Origin: Octopus sinensis
Lineage: Eukaryota
Length of the DNA stretch: 64,000 bases
Assembly (NCBI RefSeq): GCF_006345805.1
Contig: NC_043003.1
Location: 49,538,001-49,602,000 of the forward strand
Direction of reading: 5' to 3'
Position 1 is the first letter of the stretch. Each line of letters opens with the position of its first letter. Positions 36,641 to 49,744 of the stretch are shown here, piece by piece. Below the pieces are notes generated by a model. It was not told the origin of the DNA. It searched no databases and was given only the letters and a program-made list of their open reading frames with translations. A program made the position numbers and the translations under genes.

Positions 36641-37906
36641 GAAGGCTTAAGTGAAGAGAAATATCTCATCCTGGAATTAAGCCTACATTACCAGATTTTA
36701 GTTTCCATAAGCTTACCATTAGTCAAATTATGTGCACATCAATCAACTATGCTAAGAGAGGACCTCTATGTCATTGTTTATGCTGTTAGAAAAGCACTCA
36801 AATATCTCTTTACTGACTACCTACCACTTTAATGAATGCATTGGATAACCTGTGGGATATACTATGTCTGACAAAAATTATGGATGATCATGGTTAGAAT
36901 GCTTTTGAGTATAGGTCTGCTGAGGTTGACTAAGGACCAGTTCTTGTACGTGAGATATTTCCTAAATTACGTTACTTGGGTCCCATTAATGGCTTATATG
37001 TTCTCAAGTCAGGTATATCAGCTGGATTGAAGCCATCTCTCCTCAAACTAGTGCCCATGGCAAGATTTCAGCTCAGGAATGCAATCCAAGGAAGTTGTCA
37101 TTAATTATGCAATGTCTGAACCTACCCTGCTGTATGTAGCAGAGAACTGTACCTTCACATGGTACTAATTATCAATTAGATGACCTGAGTCATTGTGTAT
37201 GGAAAGCCTTCACTCAGAATAGATCACAGCATTAATAATCCAATGATAATTACCCTCTCCAGTAGGCCGACAGATTTTTGACTTGATCTGTAATGACTCT
37301 GTTTCACAAATAGATGCTTTTGAAAAGCCAATCACTCAACTGTGAAGTGCATATGGGTAGTTCACACACACATATATACGCATGCACATGAGACCCCCCC
37401 CACACACACACACAACACAACACACATACATGCCAGAAGAAGCAAACTGCAGCATGTCGTTGTTAATTGGCTGTTTGCTTGAAAAATTTGAACTTGAGTG
37501 TGACTTCAGACAATGAAGTTGGTAGTAATGATAACTTGCATAAATAGGTGTCAGATAATATATAAGGGTGGATAAATATTTTTGTATGACTCCAATGCTT
37601 TTTCTAAGAGAAGTAGTGATCCAATAAAACAGCCTAAATATAGAATCAAATCTTTAAGTTTTTGACCCCGTTATCAAAACAAAACACCACCTAACTTATG
37701 AAGCCTTCAGGCTTTCAAATATAAAACATGTTTAATTGCTGCCTTTGTTCATGAGTAAAACCTGTGTGGTAAGGCTGGAAATTAACCGATATGGTAGAGC
37801 ATCTGATAGGAAGCTTTGTAACAGTATTTGCTTCAGTTCTCTATACTCTGGGTTCAAACCTTGCTATGATTGACTTAGCCTTTTTAGCATATTATGGGTT
37901 GTTTAA

Positions 37907-38125
37907 CCCTTTAGCATTCAGATTATTCTGTCAAATGTAATGTTTATTTATACACATTGCTTTGAATTAATTGTGAATTATCTCATAGTTTTGAGAATTC
38001 AATGATATGATTGTTTATTTTTTAGAATGAAGGGTAGATGTAAGAGGCTGGACATGGCCAATTTGGACAAAAAAAAACCCGATAGAATGTTTGGGCTGGA
38101 TATGACCGGTTTAAATGCTAAAAGG
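37907..38125. mobile_element. piggyBac-like MITE
   Basis: TTAA at 37903-06; TIRs ccctttagcatt and (rc) ccttttagcatt; TTGA on the right; isolated right ends at ~16480-16500 and ~48230-48247. Confidence 0.75.
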
Positions 38126-38164
38126 TTGATAACATAAAAGTTCATGGTAGTGTGTTGGTAGAAT

Positions 38165-38400
38165 TAGGCGGCGAGCTGGCAGAAACGCAGGCATGCCGGG
38201 TGAAATGCTTAGTGGTATTTCGTCTGCCGTTATGTTCTGAGTTCAAATTCCGCCGAGGTCAACTTTGCCTTTCATCCTTTCGGGGTCAATTAAATAAGTA
38301 CCAGTTATGCACTGGGGTTGATATAATTGACTTAATCCGTTTGTCTGTCCTTGTTTGTTCCCTCTGTGTGTAGTTCCTTGTGGGCAGTAAAGAAATAAGA
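38165..38400 (+). mobile_element. family B SINE, full monomer
   Basis: aggcggcgagctggcagaaacg...gagttcaaattccgccgagg...ggcagtaaagaaata. Confidence 0.9.
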
Positions 38401-38799
38401 ATTATAAGGGTGTCAGATAAAATGCTGTGTGTTATTTGTTTGAGGCAATTTTTGAGATGTCACAGGCACCCAATTTACAACATTGGTTTACACTAGTATA
38501 CATAAACACAGAAGTCTCTTCCCATATATATATATGGGTAACACATAAAAAGTATTCAGCACACTCTGTCAAGTGGTGGGTAACGTACTTTTCTACAATG
38601 TATGGATAATTTATCCTGTTCACGCTATTTTATTAGCATTATCACACGTTTGAGAATAAAAAATTTATTTCTCTATCTTTCAATACATCTCAACACTTCT
38701 AAAACAAACTTTGTTTACTTTCATCATAAGTTGAATTTAACATTAGTGTCTTATGAAGCTAAATTTATAAGTTCTAAAACAGCAGAAGAATTCGTTACT

Positions 38800-38960
38800 G
38801 GGCAGTTTAGCTTATTGGTAAAGCACTTGATGCGTAATCACAGGGATGTGAGCTCATGTCTCATGGCTGGCTGGCTGGTAATGTATTTTTCTGCAATGTA
38901 TGGATAATTTATCCTGTTCATACTATTTCGGTAGCATTATCACATGTTTGAGAATAAAAA
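38800..38960 (+). mobile_element. family E tRNA-like-headed repeat; second body copy at 38577-38662
   Basis: Head ggcagttTAGCTTATTGGtaaagcacttgatgcgtaatc..., then ~85-bp body caatgtatggataatttatcctgttca...tttgagaataaaaa. Confidence 0.55.
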
Positions 38961-38962
38961 AC

Positions 38963-39004
<42 letters not shown>

Positions 39005-39014
<10 letters not shown>

Positions 39015-39425
39015 TTTTGTGTGTGTGTTTGTCTCCCCAGCATCACTTGTCAACTGATGTTGGTGTGTTTACATCCCCATGACTTAGTGGTTTGGCAAAA
39101 AAGACCGATAGACTAGGTACTAGGCTTACAAAGAATAAGCTCTAGGGTTGATTTGTTCGACTAAAGGCAGTTTTCCAGCATGGCCACAGTCAAAATGACT
39201 GAAACAAGTAAAAGAATAAAAGAATGAAAGAAGGTATGCATGAAATGTTGATAAGGTGTAGGAGTGGCTGGTGTGTTTACCTCCCCGTAACTTAACGGTT
39301 TGGCAAAAGAGACTGATAGAATAAGTACTACGCTTACAAAGAATAAGTCCTGGGGTTGATTTGCTCAACTAAAGGCGGTGCTCCAGCATGGCTAAAGTCA
39401 AATGACTGAAACAAGTAAAAGAATA
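39005..39425 (+). mobile_element. two adjacent family A SINE 3' halves (the second a head-tail deletion product)
   Basis: Tail ends at ~39215 and ~39425; junction aggagtggctg|gtgtgtttac at ~39270. Confidence 0.8.
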
Positions 39426-39504
39426 AGAGAAAAGCAGTTTATCTGGCATGCTAATGATTCTATCAGCTCACTGCCATTTTTTTTTTTTTTTGGTCTTTAT
39501 TAAT

Positions 39505-39710
39505 GGTTTCAAACTTTGGCACATGACTAGCAATTTTAGGGGTAGGGTATGCTGACTAAAGTGACCCCAGTGCTCAATTGGTACTTACTTTATCAACCCC
39601 CTGAAAGAATGAAAGGCAAAGTTGATTTCAGTGGAATTTGAACTCATAATGTAAACAGCCAGAAGAGACACTGCTTAGAATTTTGTCCAACTTTCTAAAT
39701 GAATCTCCCA
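39505..39710 (-). mobile_element. family B SINE, degenerate
   Basis: gaatgaaaggcaaagttgatttcagtggaatttgaactcataatgtaaac. Confidence 0.75.
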
Positions 39711-41274
39711 GTTTGTTGCCTCTCTGGCTTTTAATAATGATATCACATGAAGGCATGTGGTATAAAAACCGAAATAGATAATAAAAAAAATTAAACAAAA
39801 AATTTAAAAACAAAAGCCAAAAAAGTTGAACATTCATGGTTATTTTTCAGAGGACAGTGATGACAAAAATTATGTGAAATGGATTGCAACTAGACATTGA
39901 AATTATACTGTTACATTGGTTCTATGAAAACTAACCCATCTGCCGTCCCTCCACAACCAACACCAATATCTCCCCGACCATCCACCCCACCACCATGAGA
40001 ATTGCATTCCAGCATTTTTTACGATTTTTTTTTGTATTTCTTTCCGTGTTTTTATTTCTCCCACGATACCGATACCGTCATATTGAACAAACACTGTTAC
40101 TTTCATTCACTAAAACTCTTTTGTACTTGCCATAGATTGGTTAATCACTGATGAACATAGTCTGTTGAAAATTGACACAACCAATCTTAAAATCAAACGG
40201 TATGATTACATTTGATCTGGAAATTTCCATCTAGTCACTCACTACTAAATCTATATCAAAAGCATGTTGGGATACAAATGAAAGGTATTGTTTGCTTTTC
40301 AGAAAGGGAGAATTAATGATCCACATGAAGCTAGCAAGCCGAAGTGATTATTACATTTGATGTAAGGATTACAGTGTGTTTCATTGCTTTTCTCTTTATT
40401 ACATTTGCTTTTACTACCAGAAGTAAGCGGTGAAGGTGGAAGAAAGAGGAGGAGGAGGATAAAGAGGAAGAGGAGGAGGAGCATATGGAGAAATTGAATT
40501 ACACATTGAAAAACTCCCTCTGAAAATCATGAATATAAAATTTACTTTTCAGAGTTTATTTCAATTACTTCCAGGAAACACAAACACTTGCACATAGACC
40601 ATCACATTAAATTCTCCTGGATGCTCGCAACATTTGCCATTTCTCATTCACCATGGTGATGACAGCAGTGATGGTGACAATGGTGGCAACAATCTCAGCT
40701 TCTTCTTTTACTTCTTCTCCTCCTCCTCTCCCAATTCACTTCCTCCTTCTCCTCTTCTTACTTATTTTCCCTTCTACCTCACTCCTTATTCTCTTCTCCT
40801 TCTACTCTTTGTCTCCCCTCTCTCTTCATTTTCTCTTTCCTTTTCTTTTCTTTCCTCTTCCTCCTTCTTTTTCCTCCTACATCACTCTCACCACCACCAC
40901 TTGCACAAAGCTCATGAGTATATCAAATTAACTCCCACTCCACCCCACCCCACCTGAATACCTGACACTTATCTAATCAACTTATACCTTATCCCTTCCC
41001 AGGTGAATAACAGACAAGCTTAACTCTGGTAAGATTTGAACTCACATCCCAGAGATACATAACTAAACAGAGGAATGCATCTAGTCCACAGCTCCATTAT
41101 TTCATTCACTACACCAATACCAACAATAACAATAAGAAGCAAGGCAGCTCAGTTTAGAAGTGGAAGATTATAATTAGTTATGTCACTTTCTGGTTTACCT
41201 CCACTATTTAACTGGTACTTTGTTACTGATTATTATTATTATTATTATTATTATTGTTATTATTATTATGTTGA

Positions 41275-41445
41275 GCAAAATGCTTAGTGTCTTTACATTC
41301 TGAGTTCAAATTCTGCCAGGATTGACTTTACCTTTCATTCTTTTGAGATCAATGAAATAAGTACCAGTTATATATTGGAGTCAATATAACTGACTAGCCC
41401 CCACCCCCAAATTTCAGGCATTGTACCTTGTGTAGAAAGGATAAT
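41275..41445 (+). mobile_element. family B SINE, degenerate
   Basis: tttacattctgagttcaaattctgccagg...caaatttcaggcattgtacc. Confidence 0.75.
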
Positions 41446-42064
41446 TATCATTATTATTATTATTATTATTGAGTGAGAGAGCAGAGCATGCCATCAAAGT
41501 GACACTGGACTTCATATATTATATACTGGGCTTCATATAGGGAAGTAAGTCTATAACATGGACCCTAGTATTTGACTGATACTTTATCAATTGCGTTAAA
41601 CTCCTCTAATATAGGCACTTGATGCATAAAAACACACACATGGATCATAGCAGACAATCTACCCCCTCATCTTTCTCCCTGTTGCTCCCTTTACCTTACT
41701 CTCTCACCCCCTCTCCTTTCTTTTCCACCTGAAGTATACCTGTATTTACTCTGCAGCAAGACACCTGTATCTGTCCCTCTATGCCTTTCTTTAATCTCTC
41801 ATTAACTGGCACAATGCTACAGCCACCTCAGTACTATCTCCTCCTCTCAGTTTAGGGGTTATTCTCTTGTAAGTTATTTGGTGAACCCCATCAGTTGTGG
41901 TGCTTGTGCGTGTGTGTGTGTTTGTATATATGTACATAGGCAGGTTTTGTAGAGGTGCAGACATGGTAGTGTGGCTAAGAGGTTTCCTTCCCAGCTGTTT
42001 GGTTTTGAGTTGAATCTAAAACGATCTAATGAGATTTGGTAAACAAAAACTGAAAGAAACCAAT

Positions 42065-42103
<39 letters not shown>

Positions 42104-42479
42104 ATGGGAATAGATGTGCTTTTGTCCTCTCTTGGCAATGTACCATGATTGTAATTGAGCATCACTATCATACAAGCAGTGTCCTTTGTCTCTAATCTTC
42201 CATGAAATATGTCTGGAAATGAGCTAATATTATGTTATTTGGAAAAAAGAAGGGCATTTAACCATAAAAAATATGCCACAATGAATTACATCTGACCCAA
42301 GCAAGCATGTAAATGTGCATGTCATAACAATGATGATGATAATGATGATGATTTGAGATAGGTATCTGTCTATCTATCTGTCTGTATGTCTATCCATACA
42401 TATCCATATACATACAGGTGCGCGTGCGCGTGCACACACACACACATACATAATATATCTAGAAATATATATATATATT

Positions 42480-43728
42480 CAGGGTGTGGTGAATAAGTCT
42501 TCTTCTAAATTATGCAAAAATGAAAATAACACTGACATCTCCTTTTAACAGATATATTTACCAAAATTATATAAAAATATTTTAAAATATTAAAGAGTAA
42601 ATTTATTTAATAAAATTGCCATTGGCTTCAGCTACGGCCTCCAGACGACCTTGGAATCTCCTGCAACTCTTCTGGACGGTCTCCTTGTTTAAGTTGCTGA
42701 ATGCTGTCATAATCCTTGTCTTCAGTTCATCTTTGTTACAAGGAGTTTTGGTGGTCTCTCTCCCGACACATAATAACCAGGGGGTTGCAGTCTGGGGAGT
42801 AAGGTGGCCAGATGTTAGGGGTAGTGTGGTTGCAGAAATTGTCTGACAGTCATGACTGGGTTCTCCTGCTTATGTGGCATGGTGCAGAGTCCTGTTGCCA
42901 GACATAGGGTCATCCAGCAGCCACCCTCTTGACCCAGGGCAGCACTGCCACCTCCAGGCACTTTTGATGTAGGCCTCTGTGTTGAGTCTGAGGCTGTGTG
43001 GGAAGATGAATGGAGGCATAACGTTGCAAACACCATGATGTTGACTGGATGTTTGATTTTTATCACTCTTATTTTGGGGATAAGGCAAGCCAACACTTGT
43101 TCTGTGTGTTCACCATTTGATTCTGGCAGAAATTTTTCTTCTCTTAGAAAAACCAAAGCATGTTCGGTTGGAGGGGATACTTGAGTTTGTTTGAAAGCTC
43201 CGTAGCATGGTCTTACCCCTTGTCCTTGGTGATTTGGGATAAAAATTGGCCCTTTCTCATCTTGTATGAGGAATGCCAAATGTCTTCATGTATTACCTGC
43301 CTGATAAAAAACTCAGACACACACATGTCCCTGGTGATGAACCTGATTGAGTTGGAGGAATTGTTGTCAATCATTGCCTGGATCTCACCAACAAATTCAG
43401 GTGTTCTTTTCAGAATGATCAGAGTGAGTTTTCTGAGATGCTGTACCTTCATAATCACCATTAGATTCATCCAACTCTTTCCAAATCCTGCACTATCCTC
43501 AAATTGACACCCGAACACTCTGAAATATTTGTATTGGAGCTTCCAAGATGAATGCCAAGCAGTATAGCATGTTGTTTCCAAATTTCTGGCAGAGTTAATT
43601 GTGTCATGGGGCTGGGTTTCTCACACTCAGTGCCCAACTGACCCTCCTATACTGTGTAATTAACGAAAAGACAAACAATGCATGCGCAAAATTAGAAATA
43701 TGAAATGGTAACAATTTACCCATCTCTG
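42480..43728 (-). mobile_element. maT (DD37D) Tc1/mariner transposon, degenerate, ~1.25 kb
   Basis: Minus strand NMLWFF*EKKNFCQNQMVNTQN ... WQQDSAPCHISRRTQS*LSDNFCNHTTPNIWPPYSPDCNPL(D)YYV; 37 residues between the inferred 2nd and 3rd catalytic D (3rd D hit by a 1-nt deletion); TIRs only ~11/19 matching. Confidence 0.85.
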
Positions 43729-43744
43729 TGTGTGTGCATATATA

Positions 43745-44168
43745 TCATCATCATCGTTTAACATCTGCTTTCCATGCTAGCATGGGTTGGACAATTTGAC
43801 TGAAGACTGGTGAACCAGATGGCTGCACCAGGCTCCAATCTGTTCTGGCAGAGTTTCTACAGCTGGATGCCCTTCCTAATGCCAACTACTCCGACAGTGT
43901 AGTGGGTGTTTTACGTGCCACTGGCACATGGCCAGTCAGGCGGTACTGGCAATGGCTATGCTCAAATGGTGTTTTTCATGTGCCATCTGCACAGGTGCCA
44001 GTGACCTCACTCAAATGTTTTTCATGTGCCACCACCATAAGTGCCAGTAAGGCAATGCTGGTAATGATTACGCTCGAATAGTGCTTTTTACGTGCCACCA
44101 GCACGGAAGCCATTTTGCTGCTCTGGCAGCGATCACGCTCAGATGGTGCTCTTAGCGCTCCACTAGCA
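43745..44168 (-). mobile_element. family C repeat with internal UTR modules
   Basis: Reverse complement of the 3030-3520 type sequence. Confidence 0.88.
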
Positions 44169-44176
44169 TGTATGTA

Positions 44177-44248
<72 letters not shown>

Positions 44249-44343
44249 CATACATATATACATACATACATGCATACATATATATATATATACATACATA
44301 CATGCATACATATATATATATATATACATACATACATGCATAC

Positions 44344-44398
<55 letters not shown>

Positions 44399-45074
44399 AT
44401 ATATATATATATATACATACATACATGCATACATACATATACATAGTCCATTCCTACTAAGCTAATTTAGCCTCATATATATATGTTTGCATACTTGTAT
44501 GTATGTATGTATGTATGCATGTATATAAGTATGTATTTGTGTGTATGTGTGTGTGTGTGTGCATGCGTGTGTGTATGCGTTTATTCAATATATTGATAAA
44601 TGGAAAGGGTTGATATTAAGCCAAGCTATAAACTAGATCATGCTACCATTAGAGCAATAAAAGGATAATTCAGTTGCAGAAGAAAGAGAAGCAACAACTC
44701 AAACATATAAACATGACCGAGATGACAAATAGGAAAATTGTACAGACTTTACTTTGCAATTCCAAGTCCATTCTTAGATCCAATCAACCATTTGACCCCC
44801 ATTTGCTCCTAAATCACTTTACTGATAGTAATCATGGATTATTACTTCTTTGCTGTACCAACTGAATTATGTATCACGAGCAAGATGTTAACATGCTGGT
44901 AGGGTGTGGGAAAACTTGGTGAGATTGCTCCTGTTGGTCTTGTAGGGATATTGGTGCTTTCTAAATAATTGCAACTCCTTCAATGATCTGGAATCCACAC
45001 GCATGATATACATTACACACAAAATATATATTACTCTCTCTCTTTCTCTCTCTCTCTCTCTCTTACTCTTTATA

Positions 45075-45482
45075 CTCTCTTTACTCTTTTACTTGTTTCA
45101 GGCATTTGACTGCGGCCATGCTGGAGCACTGCCTTTAGTCGAGCAAATCGACCCCCAGGACTTATTCTTTTGGAAGCCTAGTACTTATTTTATTGGTCTC
45201 TTTTGCCGAATCGCTAAGTTACGGGGATTTAAACACACCAGCATCGGTTGTCAAGCGATTTTGGGGGGACAAACACAGACACACAAACATATACACACAC
45301 ATACATATATATACATATATATGAGGGGCTTCTTTCAGTTTCCATCTACCAAATCCACTCACAAGGCTTTGGTCAGCCCGAGAGTATAGTAGAAGACATT
45401 TGCCCAAGGTGCCACGTACTGGGACTGAACCCAGAACCATGTGGTTGATAAGCAAGCTACTTACGACACAGCTACTCCTGCA
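45075..45482 (-). mobile_element. family A SINE, full length
   Basis: Diagnostic tail and head present. Confidence 0.9.
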
Positions 45483-45489
45483 TATATAT

Positions 45490-45685
45490 ATATATATAGA
45501 GAGAGAAAGAGAGTGAGAATTTACAAAAAAAACAAAAGATGAAGATGGGTGTATAAACAACAAATAGATGTATTAGTTTAATGCTTGGGAAGTGAGAAAT
45601 CTTTTACATTTCGAGCTTACGCTCTTTGACAGAAAGGAACATAGAAATAAACAGGGTGAGAAAATGAAAAAGGTTTAGTGGCTAT
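45490..45685 (-). mobile_element. Penelope-like terminal fragment in a TA tract
   Basis: Short purine-rich insert carrying the HHR-like motif at 45601-45636; architecture like 20568-20772. Confidence 0.55.
45601..45636 (-). ncRNA. minimal HHR-like variant (core CTGTC[G>A]A)
   Basis: cttt CTGTCAA A GAGC gtaa GCTC GAAA TGT A aaag; stems I (4 bp) and II (4 bp) perfect; the G8 and stem III changes are CpG-type. Confidence 0.55.
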
Positions 45686-45707
45686 CTATCTATCAAATAT
45701 ATATATT

Positions 45708-46055
45708 GTGGTACTCCATCAGTTGCGACGATGAGGGTTCCAGTTGATCTGATCAACAAAACAGCCTGCTTATGAAATTAACATGCAAGTGGCTGAGCAC
45801 TCCACAGACACGTGTACCCTCCCTTAATGTAGTTCTCAGGGAGATTCAGTGTGACACAAAGTGTGACAAGGAAGAAAGAGTGAGAGAAAGTTGTGGTGAA
45901 AGAGTACAGCACGGTTCGCCACCGCCCCCTGCCAAAGCCATGTGGAACTTTAAGTGTTTGCACTCAATAAACAGTCACAACACCCAGTCTGGGAATCGAA
46001 ACCGTGATCCTGTGACTGCAAGTCCGCTGCCCTAACCACTGGGTCATTGTAACTC
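45708..46055 (-). mobile_element. family F-head SINE with a different 3' tail (...caactggaaccctcatcgtcgcaactgatggagtaccaca)
   Basis: B box GGTTTCGATTCCC on the minus strand at ~45990; middle module shared with 29243-29530. Confidence 0.75.
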
Positions 46056-46084
46056 CACACACATATATATCATCGTCATCATCA

Positions 46085-46376
46085 ACATCTTTATCATTAT
46101 TATTAGCATCCATTTTCCATGCTGGCATGCATTGGACAGGAACTGGTAAGGCCAGGAGCGACATTATGTTCTATTGTCTTTGTGATATGGTATCTATGGC
46201 TGGATGCCCTTCCTAATACTAGCCAATTAACAGAGTCTACTGGGGGGCTTTTTACATGGAATCAGCACCAGTACCTTTTAGATGGCACCAGCCCCAGTGT
46301 CTTTTATGTGGCACCAGTGCCTTTTAGGCGGCCACCAGGACCAGTGGTTCTTACATAGTATCAGTAGCAGTACTTC

Positions 46377-46419
<43 letters not shown>

Positions 46420-46625
46420 ATGCTAGCATGGAAAACGGACGCTAAATGATGATGATGATGATAGGTGCAGGAGTGCCTGTGTGGTAAGTAGCTTGCTTAC
46501 CAACCACATGGTTTTGGGTTCAGTCCCACTGTGTAGCATCTTGGGCAAATGTCTTCTGCTATAGCCTTGGGCTGACCAAAGCCTTGTGAATGGATTTGGT
46601 AGACAGAAACTGAAAGAAGCCCGTC

Positions 46626-46695
<70 letters not shown>

Positions 46696-46900
46696 GTATA
46701 TGTGTGTTTGTGCGTTTGTGTTTGTCAACCCAACATCTCTTGACAACCAATGCTGGTGTGTTAACGTCCCTGCAACTTAGGGACCAATAGAATAAGTACT
46801 GGGATTACAATGAATAAGTCCTGGGGGTCAATTTGCTTGACTAAAAACGGTGCTCCAGCATGGCCACAGTCAAATGACTAAAACAAATAAAAGAATAAAA
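46085..46900. mobile_element. family C fragments (46085-46460) followed by a full family A SINE (+, 46462-46900)
   Basis: Diagnostic motifs of both families. Confidence 0.82.
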
Positions 46901-47339
46901 CAATATATATATATACATATATCGATGAAAAACAAATTGTTTGAAAGACAAACTGAACAGAAACATATCAATCTCAATCAAATACATTGAAAGTCATATT
47001 CTCTTTAAAAAAATATAGAAAACAATATTTATTTTCTTTTAAAGCAAATTATAATAATTTTCAAATACTAAGACAAATTATAAAAAAATGAAATATATGT
47101 TTTCAATTTATTCTCGGGCTATTTATTTTCTTATTAGGAAATAATAAGGAAATAAATAAATGTTGTGACATGTCTTTCATATTGCATGATAAGGCACCCT
47201 TGATGACATACAGACACTCATCAATCATGTGGAACTGCGATATCAGTATGTTTAGCGATTGATTACATTGATGTAAACAATAAGTGTTTTTGCATGTGTC
47301 CATGTATGCATATGTGTGTGTGTATGTGTGTGTGTGTGT

Positions 47340-47627
47340 GAAGGTGCTTGGTTCAATGGTCAGAGCATCCTGTTCACACTCATGAGGTAGTGAGTTCGAT
47401 TCCTGGACCGTTTTGTGTGTTGTGTTCTTGAGCAAGACATTTTACTTCACGGTGTGTTCCAGTTCACTCAACTGTGGAAATGAGTTGTGATGTCACTAAT
47501 AGCAAGCTGTACTGGTCTTCCATAAACAGCCTTGCCTGGACTTGTGCATTGGAGGGTCACTTTCTAGTTGCAATCCCATGGTGATTCATGAGAGAAGGGC
47601 ATCTTAACCCTCTTATATAAATATATA

Positions 47628-47660
<33 letters not shown>

Positions 47661-47834
47661 TAAGTGCAGGCAGGGCTATATGTTGAAGAAGTTTGGTTCT
47701 CAACCATGCAACTACAGGTTCAGTCTCGGGCAAGTGTCTTCTACTATAGCCTCAGGCCAACCAAAGCGTTCAGTGGATTTGGTTGACAGAGATTGAAAGA
47801 AGCCTGTTGAATATATGTGTGTATACACACACAC

Positions 47835-47866
<32 letters not shown>

Positions 47867-48085
47867 GTGTTTGTATATGTTTATGTGTCTGTGTTTGGCA
47901 CCCTACCACCATTGCTTGACAACCAATGCTGGTGTGTTTACGTCCCCGTAACTTAGCAGTTCAGAAAAAGAGACCGATAGTGTAAGTACTAGGCTTACAA
48001 AGAATAAGTCCTGGGGGTCAATTTGCTCGACTAAAGGTGGTGCTCCAGCATGGCCGCAGTCAAATGACTGAAACAAGTAAAAGAG
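47340..48085 (+). mobile_element. family F SINE (47340-47600) and family A SINE (47662-48085)
   Basis: GAGTTCGATTCC at ~47392; family A tail at 47900-48085. Confidence 0.78.
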
Positions 48086-48289
48086 TATCAATGAATTTCA
48101 TCTGACTCATCCATGAATGGAAAAGTGAACATTAAAATGAAGATGATTATTATAACCAGTGACATAACTAGGGTAAACCACGCCTGGGGCAAGGTCCAGA
48201 AATATCCCCTCCCCCATTACAAAATCCTATTAAATGCTAAAGGGTTAAAACATTAATTACTTGTAACAAATAAGTGCTATATTATATCA

Positions 48290-48660
48290 ACTCCAGTGCG
48301 TAACTGGTAATTAATTTATCGACCCCGAAAGGATGAAAGGTGAAGTCGACCTCAGCGAAATTTGAACTCAGAATGTAACGGCAGACAAAATACTGCTGAG
48401 CATTTCGCCCGGCGTGCTAACGATTCTGCCAGCTCGCCAACCATAAGTACCATACCAAAGTAGACCTTGTCAATGCTGGTACCATGTAAAAAAACACTCA
48501 GTCTGCTCTGTTGAGTGGTTGGCTTTACGAAGGGCATCCAGCCATAAAAACCATGCCACAACAGATAGTGGAGTCTGGTGCAGTCCTTTAACTTGCAAGC
48601 TCCCCTCAAACCATCAAACTCATGCCAGTATGGAAGATGGATGTTAAAGATGAAGATGAT
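48290..48660. mobile_element. family B SINE (-, 48290-48440) back-to-back with a family C tail (+, 48450-48660)
   Basis: gtcgacctcagcgaaatttgaactcagaatg; ggcatccagccataaaaaccatgcc...gatgaagatgat. Confidence 0.82.
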
Positions 48661-49019
48661 GATGGTGATGGTGATGATGATGATGACGATGACGATGATG
48701 ATGATGATGAATTCCTTGAATAAGCTATGATCTTGTTTATAAGTATTTGAAGAAATCATAACCATATCCGTGACTGTTGAATACTTATACTAATACAAAT
48801 ACGTGTTTAATGAGATGACATTTAATAAATAACCTGTCCGATATAAATGTGCTAAATATCATTATGTGACCAATGATATCTTGTAATTCTTTTCAACTAT
48901 TTCTTTGAAAAATATAAATGTCTCAACAAACATTCTACAACTGTTTTTTTTTTGTCAATTAATATTTCCGACCAATTTATCCTTCCAAGAATATGTTTTA
49001 CTGTGAACATATATAACAT

Positions 49020-49085
49020 ATATAACTCATACATACATACATACATACCTACATAAATACATACATACATACATTTGTGTGTATA

Positions 49086-49147
<62 letters not shown>

Positions 49148-49165
49148 CAGATGTGTGTATATATG

Positions 49166-49203
<38 letters not shown>

Positions 49204-49740
49204 TCTTAATTATACATGTATGAATGTATGTATATATACACATATATACATGTGTGTGTGTGTGTGCATATATGTATGTATGTACGTATGTATATTTAAT
49301 GTCTTTCAATCAATTTATCTTTCGGCCAGTATATTTTCAATGGACATGCCTCATACACACTGCATATATGTGTGTAGTTGAGTGTGTGTGTACATGTATA
49401 TATACATTTATGTTTATATACACACACACATATATATACACATATATATATACACACATATATATACACACATATATATACATGCAAACACACACACACA
49501 TACACAGAGCATACATACACATACATACAGTCATCATACACACTTATATAAGTGTCTTACACTTCATTGATGAAAAGGTTAATTCTACCCTTCACATATG
49601 ATTTTACATATTTATGACATTACATACATTGATATGTGTATCTGTGTGTGTATGTATGTGTGTGTGTGCATGCACACACACACACATATACACACATACA
49701 CACATGTATGTATTGTTCTATCTATGTATATATGTATGTA
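49020..49740. repeat. compound TA/CA microsatellite field
   Basis: Directly visible. Confidence 0.9.
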
Positions 49741-49744
49741 TGTA

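Noticed and set aside
39903-40106. 67-aa minus-strand ORF in unique sequence
   Set aside because: No recognisable motif or splice signals; its length is within chance expectation.
40288-40366. Plus-strand exon (ttttcag acceptor ... gtaagg donor)
   Set aside because: Stop codons in all three frames; no recognisable protein.
48156-48215. cagtgacataactaggg...cctggggcaagg as a DNA-transposon end
   Set aside because: No partner TIR or TSD found; too short to classify.
48738-48789. HHR-like hairpin (tataagtatt/aatacttata enclosing TTGAAGA)
   Set aside because: No GAAA segment and no U at 16.1; it needs an assumed deletion to fit.
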